The notes: a model not told the origin generated them from the letters alone. A stretch of 64,000 nt of DNA from Candidatus Bathyarchaeia archaeon (GCA_049515895.1 JBEKTQ010000002.1:96001-160000); one strand, 5' to 3'. Shown: positions 10,483-19,920, numbered from the stretch's first letter. Numbers and translations: made by a program.

Positions 10483-10950
10483 TCAACTTTTTTCTGCGCC
10501 GTGGCGCACTTTAACGGCTACGCCACTTTTGAAAGAAGTCATTTCCAAGCTTGAAAGCATAGCCTTGCCAACTGCTAAGACACTTCCATCTTCGTCAACG
10601 ACAATTATCTCGTCGCTGGCACGGATTTCAGAGTCTACTTTAACCACGTGTGTCGCAAAAACATCTCCGCCGCAAGCAATGTATTTTGAGATGTCATTTT
10701 TCACTGTGACAAAACAATGGGCGAAAGCAGCTTTTTCGGCAAGGCGTTTTGCGGCTTTGACGCTTAGCGATAGTAATCCGTCGGTTGGGCGAAGTGTAGC
10801 TAATCTTTCGCCGTCCAAGTTGATAAAGCGGATTCGTCCTGTTCGCGGAGAATGCTCTGTTTGTACATTTTCTGGAAACAGCATTGCACCTACATTTTTT
10901 CCAAATTGGTAGTCAGCAATGGCTCTTATTTTTACAAGCTCATTCTTCAA
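10483..10950 (-). CDS. PUA-domain protein (archaeosine TGT C-terminal-like)
   Basis: IADYQFG, TGRIR, DVFATHV, VLAVGKA, GVAVKVR. Confidence 0.88.
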   Translation of the reverse strand: MKNELVKIRAIADYQFGKNVGAMLFPENVQTEHSPRTGRIRFINLDGERLATLRPTDGLLSLSVKAAKRLAEKAAFAHCFVTVKNDISKYIACGGDVFATHVVKVDSEIRASDEIIVVDEDGSVLAVGKAMLSSLEMTSFKSGVAVKVRHGAEKS

Positions 10951-11036
10951 GTGTTCACCGTCAACATGTTTTTTCGTCTTTCGACAAGTATAAACATAAC
11001 AATATAATAAACAGTGTGAAAGGTGAAAAGTTTACA

Positions 11037-11564
11037 TTGAGATGCGAAGTCTGCGGACACAAAATCCACACAGAACCGATAACGGCAGTAATAGAAGGAG
11101 CAAGACTAACGGTTTGCGTAGAATGCGCAAAGCATGGAAAAATAATCCATCAAGAAGAAGTTGCCATTCCAAAACCAGCCCAAAAAAAACCGCAGAGACC
11201 GATAACCGTCGTTCAAAGGAAACCCGTAGTTGCCAGCGTACAAATCACCCAAGAACTCACTCAAGACTATGCGAACAAAATAAAGGTGGCCCGGGAGAAA
11301 CTAGTGCTAACACATGAAGAACTGGGCAAAAAAATAAACGAAAAAGCCTCTGTTCTACGAAACCTTGAAGCAGGTAAAATGGAGCCGAACAACCAGCTTG
11401 CTTCAAAGCTTGAGCACATGTTGAAAATCAAGTTGCTTATTCCAATTTCTGAAGAAAAAGCTGTTCAGATTCCTAAGTCCGCAAACAAAGAGTTGACTTT
11501 AGGTGACCTCATCAAGATAGACGAGAAGAACTCGGAGGCGGCCACAGAACGAAAGCCGTCATAG
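11037..11564 (+). CDS. mbf1: Archaeal multiprotein bridging factor 1 (Zn ribbon plus HTH)
   Basis: TTG start at 11037; CEVCG...CVEC, HTH region, LTLGD tail. Confidence 0.92.
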   Translation: MRCEVCGHKIHTEPITAVIEGARLTVCVECAKHGKIIHQEEVAIPKPAQKKPQRPITVVQRKPVVASVQITQELTQDYANKIKVAREKLVLTHEELGKKINEKASVLRNLEAGKMEPNNQLASKLEHMLKIKLLIPISEEKAVQIPKSANKELTLGDLIKIDEKNSEAATERKPS

Positions 11565-12820
11565 TTCAGCGGCGACTGAACCGTGAAGAGTCAAGTTTAC
11601 CTGAACTTAAGAGATTAGCTCAATCCGCTGGGTACACTGTCGTCGCTGAAATGGAGCAAACACGATTACCTGATTCGCGCTATCAAATAGGCGCTGGAAA
11701 AGTAGAAGAACTCGCACAAATGGTGCAGGAAACAGGCGCGGGCAAAGTAATTTTTGACAACCAACTAAAGACCCGCCAAACATATAATTTAGCGAAAGCG
11801 ACACATGTAGAAGTTATTGACCGCTTCCAGCTTATACTTGAAATCTTCACCAAAAGAGCCACAACAACGGAAGCTCAATTGCAGATTCAACTGGCTACCT
11901 TGCGAAATGAACTCAAGCATTCAAAGGAAAAAGTCAGGTTAGCCAAAGGAAGCGAGCAGCCGGGCTTTATGGGTCTTGGAGCTTATGAAGCAGATGTTTA
12001 CAGCGACGCAATAAAACGGCAAGTTCAAACGATAGTTAAAAAACTCACTAGAATCAGGGAAAAAAGAGTTCTGCATCGAGAGAGGCGAACGGAGCTTGGC
12101 TTCTTGACTATTTCGCTAGCTGGTTACACCAAGGCTGGAAAAAGCTCCTTGTTTAATGCTTTAACCGAAGCAACCACCATGGTTGACAAAGCATTATTCA
12201 CCACTCTTTCAACGACCACGAGGATAATGGAGTTTTATAACCGCAAGTTTCTTTTAACTGATACCGTTGGCTTCATTGACCGTTTACCCTTATCTTTGAT
12301 TGAAGCGTTTCATTCTACTCTTGAAGAAACAATCTTTTCAGATCTAATAATCCTGGTTTTGGACTTAAGCGAGCCGATGGAGAAAATCGAGAAGAAGTAT
12401 AACGTTTGCCTCGAAACGATCGACCGCTTGGGTGCATCAGGAATTCCAACAATAACTGCTCTAAACAAGATCGACTTGCTAAATGAAGAAGAAAGAAAAC
12501 AAAAATTCGAAGACCTAAAAGGTAAGACCAAAAATCCAGTTCTTCTCTCCGCAAAGTGCCAAACAAACCTTGACTTACTGAAAGAAAAAATACTAAAAAC
12601 TCTTGAAAAGTATGTTCAAGCCCAGTTTTCTGTTCCGTTAAATGAAAGAACCATGCCTTTTATCTCATGGGTTCACGGGAAGACAGACGTGAGAAAAGAA
12701 AACTTCACTAATGATTCGGTTGATGTGGTCTTTGAGGCTACCCCAGAGTTAGTTGATCATGTTAGAAGAAAAGTGGAAGAATTAAATGGCAGATTCGAAA
12801 CCAGCCCAAGAATCCAGTAG
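11549..12820 (+). CDS. hflX: GTPase HflX; probable start at ACG 11549, upstream of the ORF-track ATG at 11651
   Basis: ELKRLAQSAGY N-terminal motif lies upstream of 11651; GYTKAGKSSL, DTVGFI, NKID. Confidence 0.93.
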   Translation, partial: TKAVIVQRRLNREESSLPELKRLAQSAGYTVVAEMEQTRLPDSRYQIGAGKVEELAQMVQETGAGKVIFDNQLKTRQTYNLAKATHVEVIDRFQLILEIFTKRATTTEAQLQIQLATLRNELKHSKEKVRLAKGSEQPGFMGLGAYEADVYSDAIKRQVQTIVKKLTRIREKRVLHRERRTELGFLTISLAGYTKAGKSSLFNALTEATTMVDKALFTTLSTTTRIMEFYNRKFLLTDTVGFIDRLPLSLIEAFHSTLEETIFSDLIILVLDLSEPMEKIEKKYNVCLETIDRLGASGIPTITALNKIDLLNEEERKQKFEDLKGKTKNPVLLSAKCQTNLDLLKEKILKTLEKYVQAQFSVPLNERTMPFISWVHGKTDVRKENFTNDSVDVVFEATPELVDHVRRKVEELNGRFETSPRIQ

Positions 12821-13370
12821 CACACCCCAGGTTTTCGTGTTAAGGTGGGGCCATCGTCCGCAACGAGACGTGCGGTTGACCACTCACGTTGCCTTAACTT
12901 CTAGAGCGTTGTGTGCTTCAGGCTTTATTCTTTCAGACGTGGAAGACCCAAGTATAGAAGAGACAGTTAGAAAGATAACTGACCGTTGGGGTGGAACGTT
13001 CCATTTTGAAATGGGAACTCCTTGGAAAAAAGCTATCCGCGATTGGAAGGCTAAAGGGGGCGCAATCGTTCATTTGACAGCTTACGGAGAAAACATTCAG
13101 TCAAGCGATGTCTTAAGTAGAATCAGAAGTTCAGGCAAGGACATCCTAATCGTAGTTGGCAGCCAGAAGGTTCCAAGAGACTTCTATTTCAGCGATGTAT
13201 CAGACTTCAACGTCTCTATTGGAAACCAGCCTCATTCAGAATGTGCTGCGGTCGCTGTATTCCTGGACCGTTTTTTCATGGGTGAAGAATTAACAAGGAA
13301 TTTTGAAAAAGCCAAGATGAGGATTGTTCCAAAAGCAAGGGGAAAAGAAATTAAAAGCGATGTTGAATAA
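12786..13370 (+). CDS. trm56: tRNA (cytidine(56)-2'-O)-methyltransferase
   Basis: RWGHRPQRDVRLTTHVALTSRA, HLTAYG, VGSQKVP, NQPHSE. Confidence 0.94.
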   Translation: MADSKPAQESSSTPQVFVLRWGHRPQRDVRLTTHVALTSRALCASGFILSDVEDPSIEETVRKITDRWGGTFHFEMGTPWKKAIRDWKAKGGAIVHLTAYGENIQSSDVLSRIRSSGKDILIVVGSQKVPRDFYFSDVSDFNVSIGNQPHSECAAVAVFLDRFFMGEELTRNFEKAKMRIVPKARGKEIKSDVE

Positions 13371-13437
13371 CTTTAAATGGGCAAGAATAGTTTTATTATA
13401 GGAAGTTCCAGTATTATGAGTAAAGGAACAATAGGCT

Positions 13438-13950
13438 ATGTTATCGACTATTGATGATGCAACCCTGATGAAGGTTGCTGTGGCATTGGGAGAGGAAGAA
13501 GCTGTCAAACTTATCGAGTACCTCAAGGGAGTAGACGAGATAACTGACGATGAAATAGCAAACAAAATAGGCATCCGCCTTAACTCTGTACGCAAAATTC
13601 TCTACAAACTCTACGATCACTCTCTTGTAAGCCTTAGAAGGACCCGTGACCCCAAGACAGGCTGGTTCATTTTCCACTGGAAACTTCAACCCGACCAGCT
13701 TGAAGGCTTTATCCTAAGTCAGAAAAGGCGCGTGCTGGAAAAACTCAACGTCAGACTGGAGTACGAAAAGAACCATGACTTCTACTATTGCGGGAGCCCC
13801 GAATGCAAACGGGTTCCTTTTGAAGAAGCGGTCGAAGTAGTTTTCCACTGCTCAGGCTGTGGCAAACCTCTCGTGCATTTTGCAAACGAACTAATGATAA
13901 CCAAACTTTCTGAGAAAGTTGATACCCTTAGGAAGGAACTGGGTGAATAA
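13438..13950 (+). CDS. tfe: Transcription factor E (TFE alpha)
   Basis: TDDEIA...VRKILYKL winged helix, TGWFIFHW, Zn ribbon C..C/FHCSGCG. Confidence 0.94.
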   Translation: MLSTIDDATLMKVAVALGEEEAVKLIEYLKGVDEITDDEIANKIGIRLNSVRKILYKLYDHSLVSLRRTRDPKTGWFIFHWKLQPDQLEGFILSQKRRVLEKLNVRLEYEKNHDFYYCGSPECKRVPFEEAVEVVFHCSGCGKPLVHFANELMITKLSEKVDTLRKELGE

Positions 13951-14473
13951 GCCGCTTCCTACAAGGGAGCAAGCAATAGAACTTCTTCGAAAAAACAATT
14001 GTTCACCCCAAGTAATAGGCCACTGCCAAGCGGTTGCAGAGATATCTCTAGAAATAGCAAACCAAATAGAAAAGAAAGGCTTAAAGTTGGATCTAAAACT
14101 TATTGAGGCAGGCGCTCTTCTACATGATATTGGCCGTTCAAAAACAAATGCTGTTGACCATGGAGTAGTTGGTGCCCAAATCGCCCAGTCAGAAGGTTTA
14201 CCCGAAGAACTCATTAGAATAATTAAGACACACGTCGGCGGCGGATTCACAGCCGAAGAAGCAGCGGGGTTCGGTTGGCCACAAGACGAGTATACACCGC
14301 TTAATCTGGGGGAGAAAATTGTTTCGTACGCTGACAAACTGGTTGATAACTCCAAACGGGGACGCGTATCCATAGAGGTCGAAATTAAACGTCTTCGAGC
14401 CGCAGGACACAAGGACGCCGCAAATAGAGTAAGAAAGCTTCATGAAGAAATAACAGCAATGTTGGGTAATTGA
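13943..14473 (+). CDS. HD-domain (HDIG) phosphohydrolase
   Basis: GTG start overlapping the tfe 3' end; GALLHDIGRS, THVGGG, EKIVSYADKL. Confidence 0.9.
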   Translation: MNKPLPTREQAIELLRKNNCSPQVIGHCQAVAEISLEIANQIEKKGLKLDLKLIEAGALLHDIGRSKTNAVDHGVVGAQIAQSEGLPEELIRIIKTHVGGGFTAEEAAGFGWPQDEYTPLNLGEKIVSYADKLVDNSKRGRVSIEVEIKRLRAAGHKDAANRVRKLHEEITAMLGN

Positions 14474-15261
14474 CCATGACCATTTTGACTTTACTCGTAA
14501 AAGCGCGCAACGCTAGACAGCTCAAACAGGTAGATGACCTGCTAAACGCTGAGTTTGAAAACTTGGATTTAGACTTTAAAGTTTTAGGGGCTCCTGTCAA
14601 CAAATGGGTTCAAGTTTCTCTTTCAGGAGAAGACGAGGTCATTGCTGCAAACTACATCAACAAAGAAATAGGCACATGTCCAATAAGCATCAAAAGATTC
14701 GAAAAATCCTCAGTCCTCAAAGGATTCGTAACAAAAATTAACACGGCTAAAAATGAATTGACTGTGGATGTCGGAATTTTTGAGCCAAAAATAACGTTGG
14801 CAACCGTCCCATTAGCTTACATGCAGGCTCAACTTGCAGATGGCAAGAAAATCGATTTGAAAAGAATTGAAGAAGTTTACGGATTACATGAAAGTTTGCC
14901 GTTAAATATCAAGGTGATTAACTGTGTCGGCGAAGATGGAGAAGAGCGGCTGCAAGCTGAATTATCAACGGCGCAAATAGAAAAAATGCATTTGTGGCAG
15001 CAGTCCTTTTTGGATAGATTGATTGTTCTGGGAGCAAGTGCTGGAGAAATCGAGGAGGTACTCGAACGAACTAGGCTTAACCGGGACGTTATCGACATTG
15101 AGCGGTTGGGTCTGTTTGAGTACGCTTTAACGTGTAAGCTCGGGACTGACGCAGCCGGATTGATTCCGAAGATGGGAAGGTACATGCGGAACTCGGTTTT
15201 TGTTGTTTTTAACCCCAGGGAGGTATTTCGCCTTATCGGTGAAATGCCATTAACCTTATAA
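14470..15261 (+). CDS. Conserved archaeal hypothetical protein (DUF2110-like)
   Basis: Overlaps HD gene stop; VSLSGEDE, VDVG, IERLGLFE..LTCKLGTDAAGLI pattern; usual neighbour of tfe. Confidence 0.75.
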   Translation: MTMTILTLLVKARNARQLKQVDDLLNAEFENLDLDFKVLGAPVNKWVQVSLSGEDEVIAANYINKEIGTCPISIKRFEKSSVLKGFVTKINTAKNELTVDVGIFEPKITLATVPLAYMQAQLADGKKIDLKRIEEVYGLHESLPLNIKVINCVGEDGEERLQAELSTAQIEKMHLWQQSFLDRLIVLGASAGEIEEVLERTRLNRDVIDIERLGLFEYALTCKLGTDAAGLIPKMGRYMRNSVFVVFNPREVFRLIGEMPLTL

Positions 15262-15329
15262 GTAATTTACATTATTACGTAAATTATTCATTATCCGAAT
15301 TAGGCTAATAGGAGAAGGGGGAGAAAGTA

Positions 15330-15494
15330 GTGAGCCAAGTAGACGATAGAGGCGATAGGAAAAAATATAGAATTGACATTGGCGCTTATGGCAGCATTGG
15401 CATAGAAGCACCGACTAAAGAGGAATGCCTGGAACTTTTTATGGAAGTCACGAAAACAAAGCGTGACTCCAAAATCGATGGAGCCATAAGATAA
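15330..15494 (+). CDS. Small hypothetical protein, 54 aa (not in ORF track)
   Basis: Purine-rich GGAGAAGGGGGAG before GTG; MSQVDDRGDRKKYRIDIGAYGSIGIEAPTKEECLELFMEVTKTKRDSKIDGAIR. Confidence 0.55.
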   Translation: MSQVDDRGDRKKYRIDIGAYGSIGIEAPTKEECLELFMEVTKTKRDSKIDGAIR

Positions 15495-15577
15495 ATGTAA
15501 GCAATCAAGCCAAACGCCAGCATAATCCTAAATTTCGTTTGCTAAAAAATAGAGGCTTAAGCCTACACATGCTTATT

Positions 15578-15733
15578 CTATAGTACATCGTGCTCTTCGT
15601 GACAGTGTGCTTCATAGTCCTGTTTGTTATCGAATATTTGCTGGTCTAAGGGGCACTTGAACTTTTTATGGTCGGTCATCTCAGGCTTGGGCACAGTTAT
15701 GTTTGATTTTTCTCTTGAGCGCTTTTTTGACAA
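15578..15733 (-). CDS. Small C2H2-like zinc-finger protein, 51 aa (not in ORF track)
   Basis: SD GAGGTGA before TTG; MSKKRSREKSNITVPKPEMTDHKKFKCPLDQQIFDNKQDYEAHCHEEHDVL. Confidence 0.7.
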   Translation of the reverse strand: MSKKRSREKSNITVPKPEMTDHKKFKCPLDQQIFDNKQDYEAHCHEEHDVL

Positions 15734-15848
15734 AAAATCACCTCATTGCAAGCTTTACATGAAATTCAACGTAAAAACTAATAACGTTATGTGGTTGCAC
15801 GTGACCTACAACAATGCGGTGGTGATTTCTCAAAAAACCCTTAGGAGA

Positions 15849-16259
15849 TTACTGGATTCCTTTCAAGGCATCTTCAAGTTGGTCAAAATTCTTCACTACC
15901 TTATCCGAGTGGGCTATAATCCAGGGGCTGAGACAGTCGATTTCAGAGACTACGATGATTTTCTTGCCTTTGCGTTTAGCGTAGAACATCTCCATGCAGG
16001 CACCAGCCGAAAGTATCGGCAAATAAACAATCATTATGTCACATCGGTCAGCGTCATCTAGGTCCCGTTGAATAAAGTCGAATGCGGGAACTTTGTCCCA
16101 CCAGCATCTTTCATCTCCATTGTAGAGGACCTTCTCTCTATTCCACGGATCTATGACTTCAAAGCCTGATTTAGTTAGAATGTCGGTGATTTTTTGCCTG
16201 TACTCCTGCCGGTTCTCCCTGCCCAGAATTGGTCCCGCGATAAACACTTTCTTCTTCAT
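15849..16259 (-). CDS. Nucleoside 2-deoxyribosyltransferase-like protein
   Basis: VFIAGP, VIDP, DLDDADRCD, SAGACMEMFYA. Confidence 0.82.
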   Translation of the reverse strand: MKKKVFIAGPILGRENRQEYRQKITDILTKSGFEVIDPWNREKVLYNGDERCWWDKVPAFDFIQRDLDDADRCDIMIVYLPILSAGACMEMFYAKRKGKKIIVVSEIDCLSPWIIAHSDKVVKNFDQLEDALKGIQ

Positions 16260-16418
16260 CCTGCAACACCGGTTGTAAGGATATTCAATTTGCGGTTTTC
16301 TTAAACTTTCCCATTGCAGGCTAAGTAGGCACAGGTAGTCTTCGGTACGAACTAAGTTCTTAAAACCCTAATCATTTAGGGACAATGAATAAATAAAAAA
16401 GAAATCATTAGTTAGTAA

Positions 16419-17681
16419 TTGAGAAATATGAAGAAATTTTATGGTTTTGCAACTATAGTAATTTTGTGTTTCTTACTTGTTTCATCGTTTGCCTTTACGA
16501 TTAACGCTCAAGCGGCGGATTCTTGGCCAATGTTCCATGGCAACATAGCACACACGGGGTACTCAAGCGGTTCAGGACCAAGCAGCAATCAGACTCTTTG
16601 GGTTTTCAAGACAAACGGCGAAGTCTGGTCATCCCCAGCCGTTGTCAACGGCGTCGTCTACATTGCTTCATTTGACCGAAATTTGTACGCCATAGATGCA
16701 TCAAAAGGCACCGAAATATGGACTTACCCGCTTGGCAGCATAACTTTTAGTTCGCCTGCCGTCGCTAACGGTTTAGTTTACGTAGGGTCAGACGATCATA
16801 ACCTCTATGCGTTAAACGCTGTCACTGGCGCTTTGGCTTGGAAGTATACCACGGGAAACGCTGTCCAGTCTAATCCAACTGTCTCGGGCGGAATAGTTTA
16901 CTTTGGCTCAAGTGACAATAAACTCTATGCAGTAAACGCCACCAGCGGAACGTTGCTTTGGAATTTCACAACAGGCGGCAACGTTATCTCTTCAGTAGCA
17001 TTGTCCAACGGCATAGTTTACTTTGGTTCATACGACCACAAAATCTACGCTCTTGACGCCGTGACAGGAGCAGAAAACTGGAACTTCACCACGGGCAGCG
17101 TCATCCAATCGTCTCCTGTTGTGGCCAACGGCAACGTTTACGTCGGAAGCTACGATAACCAGACCTACGCGGTAAACGCTGAAACGGGAGCGTTAATGTG
17201 GAAAGTTCCAACGGGTTACGATCAGTGCGTTCAAGCCTCCCCTGGTTACGCTAACGGCGTGGTTTATACTGGTGGCTCATTTGACAACAATGTGTATGCT
17301 TTGGATGCTTCGACGGGGGTGACGAAGTGGCATTACGCGACTGGCGGCGGGATCTTTACGGCTCCTGCAGTCGTTGGCAACACCGAGTACGTTGGATCTC
17401 TAGATAACAGAACTTACGCTCTTAATGCCCAAACAGGCGCCCTAATATGGAGTTACCAGACAAGCGGCAACATCTATTCCTCCCCGGCAGTAGCAAACGG
17501 GGTAGCCTACTTCGGCTCTTACGACCACAACGTTTACGCAGTCGGCCAAAAAACAGGCAGCACAACTCCTTCAACCAGCACGGGCATAAACATACCCGTC
17601 GTCGACTACTACCTGATTTTCATAATCGTTCTAATCGTAGTAATCGCCGTTGCCATTGTGGCGCTTAGAAAACGAAGTTAG
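16419..17681 (+). CDS. Exported PQQ-like beta-propeller repeat protein with C-terminal TM anchor
   Basis: Signal peptide; WPMFHGN; about 8 repeats of SSPAVxNGxVYxGSxDxxLYALxAxTGxxxW; C-terminal TM plus RKRS. Confidence 0.92.
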   Translation: MRNMKKFYGFATIVILCFLLVSSFAFTINAQAADSWPMFHGNIAHTGYSSGSGPSSNQTLWVFKTNGEVWSSPAVVNGVVYIASFDRNLYAIDASKGTEIWTYPLGSITFSSPAVANGLVYVGSDDHNLYALNAVTGALAWKYTTGNAVQSNPTVSGGIVYFGSSDNKLYAVNATSGTLLWNFTTGGNVISSVALSNGIVYFGSYDHKIYALDAVTGAENWNFTTGSVIQSSPVVANGNVYVGSYDNQTYAVNAETGALMWKVPTGYDQCVQASPGYANGVVYTGGSFDNNVYALDASTGVTKWHYATGGGIFTAPAVVGNTEYVGSLDNRTYALNAQTGALIWSYQTSGNIYSSPAVANGVAYFGSYDHNVYAVGQKTGSTTPSTSTGINIPVVDYYLIFIIVLIVVIAVAIVALRKRS

Positions 17682-17854
17682 ACAGAAACTAAATCACTTT
17701 TCTTTTTCTATTAGTTCAATTGTAAATAGCGGAGCCTCTCATTTTTTTGAGTGCTTGACCAATATTGCTTTTCTCTTTTAGAACTTGATTTGGGTCCAAG
17801 TTATAAATGAAAAATACGGGCGATAGAAAAGTCTGATGAAGGCCACCAAAGTAT

Positions 17855-18541
17855 CTATAACTGGGCTTGGATTTGGTTGTCCTGTTGAGGCTTCTTTTCT
17901 CTCAGCAGGGGCAACACGAATTCTATGATTGCAATCAATATGATAATGATAATGATCGCGGGCAGACCCCAATGGTTATCGTGGACAAAGATTGTTACCC
18001 ACCCAAACCATGGAATGCGCATAACCACCTTGCCAACCACCATGCTTGCTGGAACTCCCGGCGGATTATTGCCGTCCCACTCGTCAAAGCCCGACTGCGG
18101 CTTCTGCGGCCATGGATTCCCGTTGCCGTCACCTTTAGTGATGAAATAAATGGTGCCGTTGACTGTTTCGGAGCTGACGATGCGGTGCACAATCAATGTG
18201 CCTGGGTCGCCTGGTTCATGAAATACTATTATGTTGCTGTAGGGGTAGTTCGTGTTCAGATCCTTGGGGTTAACTCCTTGGACGATTATGATGTCGCCCA
18301 CACTTAGGGTTCGGTCAAACGGTGTGGCTAAATTTAGCCAGAAGTTGTAGTCGGCCGCGTCGTAAGGAACGCTCATGCTGCCGCTTACGACGGTCAACGC
18401 TGGATCAGGCGTATTCAATGCTGCCCGCAACCCAAAGAATAGGCCGAAAACCACAGCGACAACCAAAATGACGGCAACCACAGTTTTGAAATACTCGTTT
18501 TTCCAAACTTTTCTTGCAGTCGTCAAGTGGTTACCTCTCAA
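17855..18541 (-). CDS. Signal peptidase I (S26, Sec11-type)
   Basis: TM, VVSGSM catalytic Ser, IVHRIV, ITKGDGN, VVGKV. Confidence 0.9.
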   Translation of the reverse strand: MRGNHLTTARKVWKNEYFKTVVAVILVVAVVFGLFFGLRAALNTPDPALTVVSGSMSVPYDAADYNFWLNLATPFDRTLSVGDIIIVQGVNPKDLNTNYPYSNIIVFHEPGDPGTLIVHRIVSSETVNGTIYFITKGDGNGNPWPQKPQSGFDEWDGNNPPGVPASMVVGKVVMRIPWFGWVTIFVHDNHWGLPAIIIIIILIAIIEFVLPLLREKKPQQDNQIQAQL

Positions 18542-18725
18542 ATTGAACTTTTAGTACAAATATACGCAAAAGGTCACGGTTAAGCATTACGGAAAAATAA
18601 TGAGAAAGTGGAAATCTTTTAAAGTCGCGGTTTTTGGATGGAAAAACATCTTATCTTGCGGAAACAGTTTTCCAGCTTTGAAAATTCGGAATTTATGGAA
18701 GCTGCAAAAATAGATTGTGCGAGTT

Positions 18726-19028
18726 TTAGTCTTTTTTGTGCTGCTTGACTATGTAGATTTCTTTGTTTCTGACTCTGAGTGCAACATTGAATTTTCTGGT
18801 AGGCAATTTGTTGTATGATTTAACTCTGAATGAGAATGGTGCGTATAATGATCTTACTGTTTTGCCCTCGACCTCGACTTTGAACATTTCCTCGGGACTT
18901 TCAATGATTTGCTTGAAAACGGCGTCGTACTCTGGAATCTTTACTCGCTTTCTACCTTCAGGTATTTCCTTTACTGGAGTAGCTTTTGCGAGTATTTTTT
19001 TGTGGATAATTTTTTCTGGATTAGACAT
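18726..19028 (-). CDS. Small basic hypothetical protein, possibly DNA-binding
   Basis: ATG at 19028; about 100 aa, Lys/Arg-rich; preceded by ACACTA repeat array. Confidence 0.65.
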   Translation of the reverse strand: MSNPEKIIHKKILAKATPVKEIPEGRKRVKIPEYDAVFKQIIESPEEMFKVEVEGKTVRSLYAPFSFRVKSYNKLPTRKFNVALRVRNKEIYIVKQHKKD

Positions 19029-19035
19029 TTGTTTC

Positions 19036-19140
19036 ACACTAAGTAACATTGTAAAACACACTATATAACACTATAGCACTAATGACACTAAAATAACACT
19101 GGTTTAGGTCAAATTATAATGACTAATAACATTATCACTA
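19036..19140. repeat. Array of ACACTA-like hexamers, 8-12 bp spacing
   Basis: Copies start at 19036, 19046 (ACATTG), 19058, 19068, 19076 (GCACTA), 19085, 19096 (ACACTG), 19135 (TCACTA). Confidence 0.75.
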
Positions 19141-19278
19141 TAATGGTCCAGATGGGCGGAAATTCCATCAAGCCTTTTCTCAAAAACAGCTCTCTATCTT
19201 CGAACCCAACGCTGCAATCTCTCCAATCGCGAAATTAACTCAGAATTTCTTTTTAGTTTTGGGTGGTTCAACTTCATT

Positions 19279-19920
19279 TTACAAAATGAGTTGGTTTTGC
19301 AGGACGTTGAGAGTCGCGGTTTTTCCAAGACGCACTTGTCGTTCACCCTTAAAAGTGGAAACTGAAGCGTTCTTGATCTGAACCGTATCACCGACTGCAA
19401 GATTGTCTGCTTGTTCATTCCACAGGCAAAGCTTAATTTTTCCAGTTTCGTCAGCTATCAACGCATTGGTCACTCTGGCGCTGTTTCCGTAACGCGTTTG
19501 AACTATTGAGGGCTTTTGAGTTTCAAGAACTTTAGCTTCTAGGTTTACTTTTTTCATTCCATGTCGGAGGTTTTGAACCATCATGGATAATTTGGGTTGT
19601 GTATTTTGTTTGTTCATCTGTCGACGAATCTTGTCGGTGTCCATCCAACTTTCGAAACAGATATCTTTTCTAAGAAGAATTTCCTCAGCAAGCCTAAACT
19701 GAACAATGACTTTGATATTTTTGGTAATTAAAAATATGGCTTCACCTTTTATTTTGCCCCGATATTCAATCGTTAAATTTTGAAGAGTGGCTTTTCCTTT
19801 TTCTTGAGCTTCAACCATGGCGTGATGAAGTTCGGGCAGGTAGACACCTTCTTTTACGGAAAGAAATGCGAGATACTCCATTATCGTTGTCTTTTTTTGA
19901 TTCAAATACCTAAACCTCAT
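19279..19920 (-). CDS. OB-fold single-stranded DNA-binding (SSB/RPA-like) protein with N-terminal extension
   Basis: VNLEAKVLE...ALIADETGKIKLCLWNEQA...VGDTVQIKNASVSTFKGERQVRLG. Confidence 0.85.
   Translation of the reverse strand: MRFRYLNQKKTTIMEYLAFLSVKEGVYLPELHHAMVEAQEKGKATLQNLTIEYRGKIKGEAIFLITKNIKVIVQFRLAEEILLRKDICFESWMDTDKIRRQMNKQNTQPKLSMMVQNLRHGMKKVNLEAKVLETQKPSIVQTRYGNSARVTNALIADETGKIKLCLWNEQADNLAVGDTVQIKNASVSTFKGERQVRLGKTATLNVLQNQLIL

Noticed and set aside
15624-16061. 145-aa plus-strand ORF
   Set aside because: Antisense to two better-supported minus-strand genes
16600-17545. About 120-bp periodic similarity
   Set aside because: Explained by beta-propeller blade repeats; no template/variable repeat pair or reverse transcriptase to suggest a DGR
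17782-17802. AACTTG-N9-CAAGTT inverted repeat, and GGTCC words in several intergenic regions
   Set aside because: Too short to distinguish from chance or from a terminator between convergent genes
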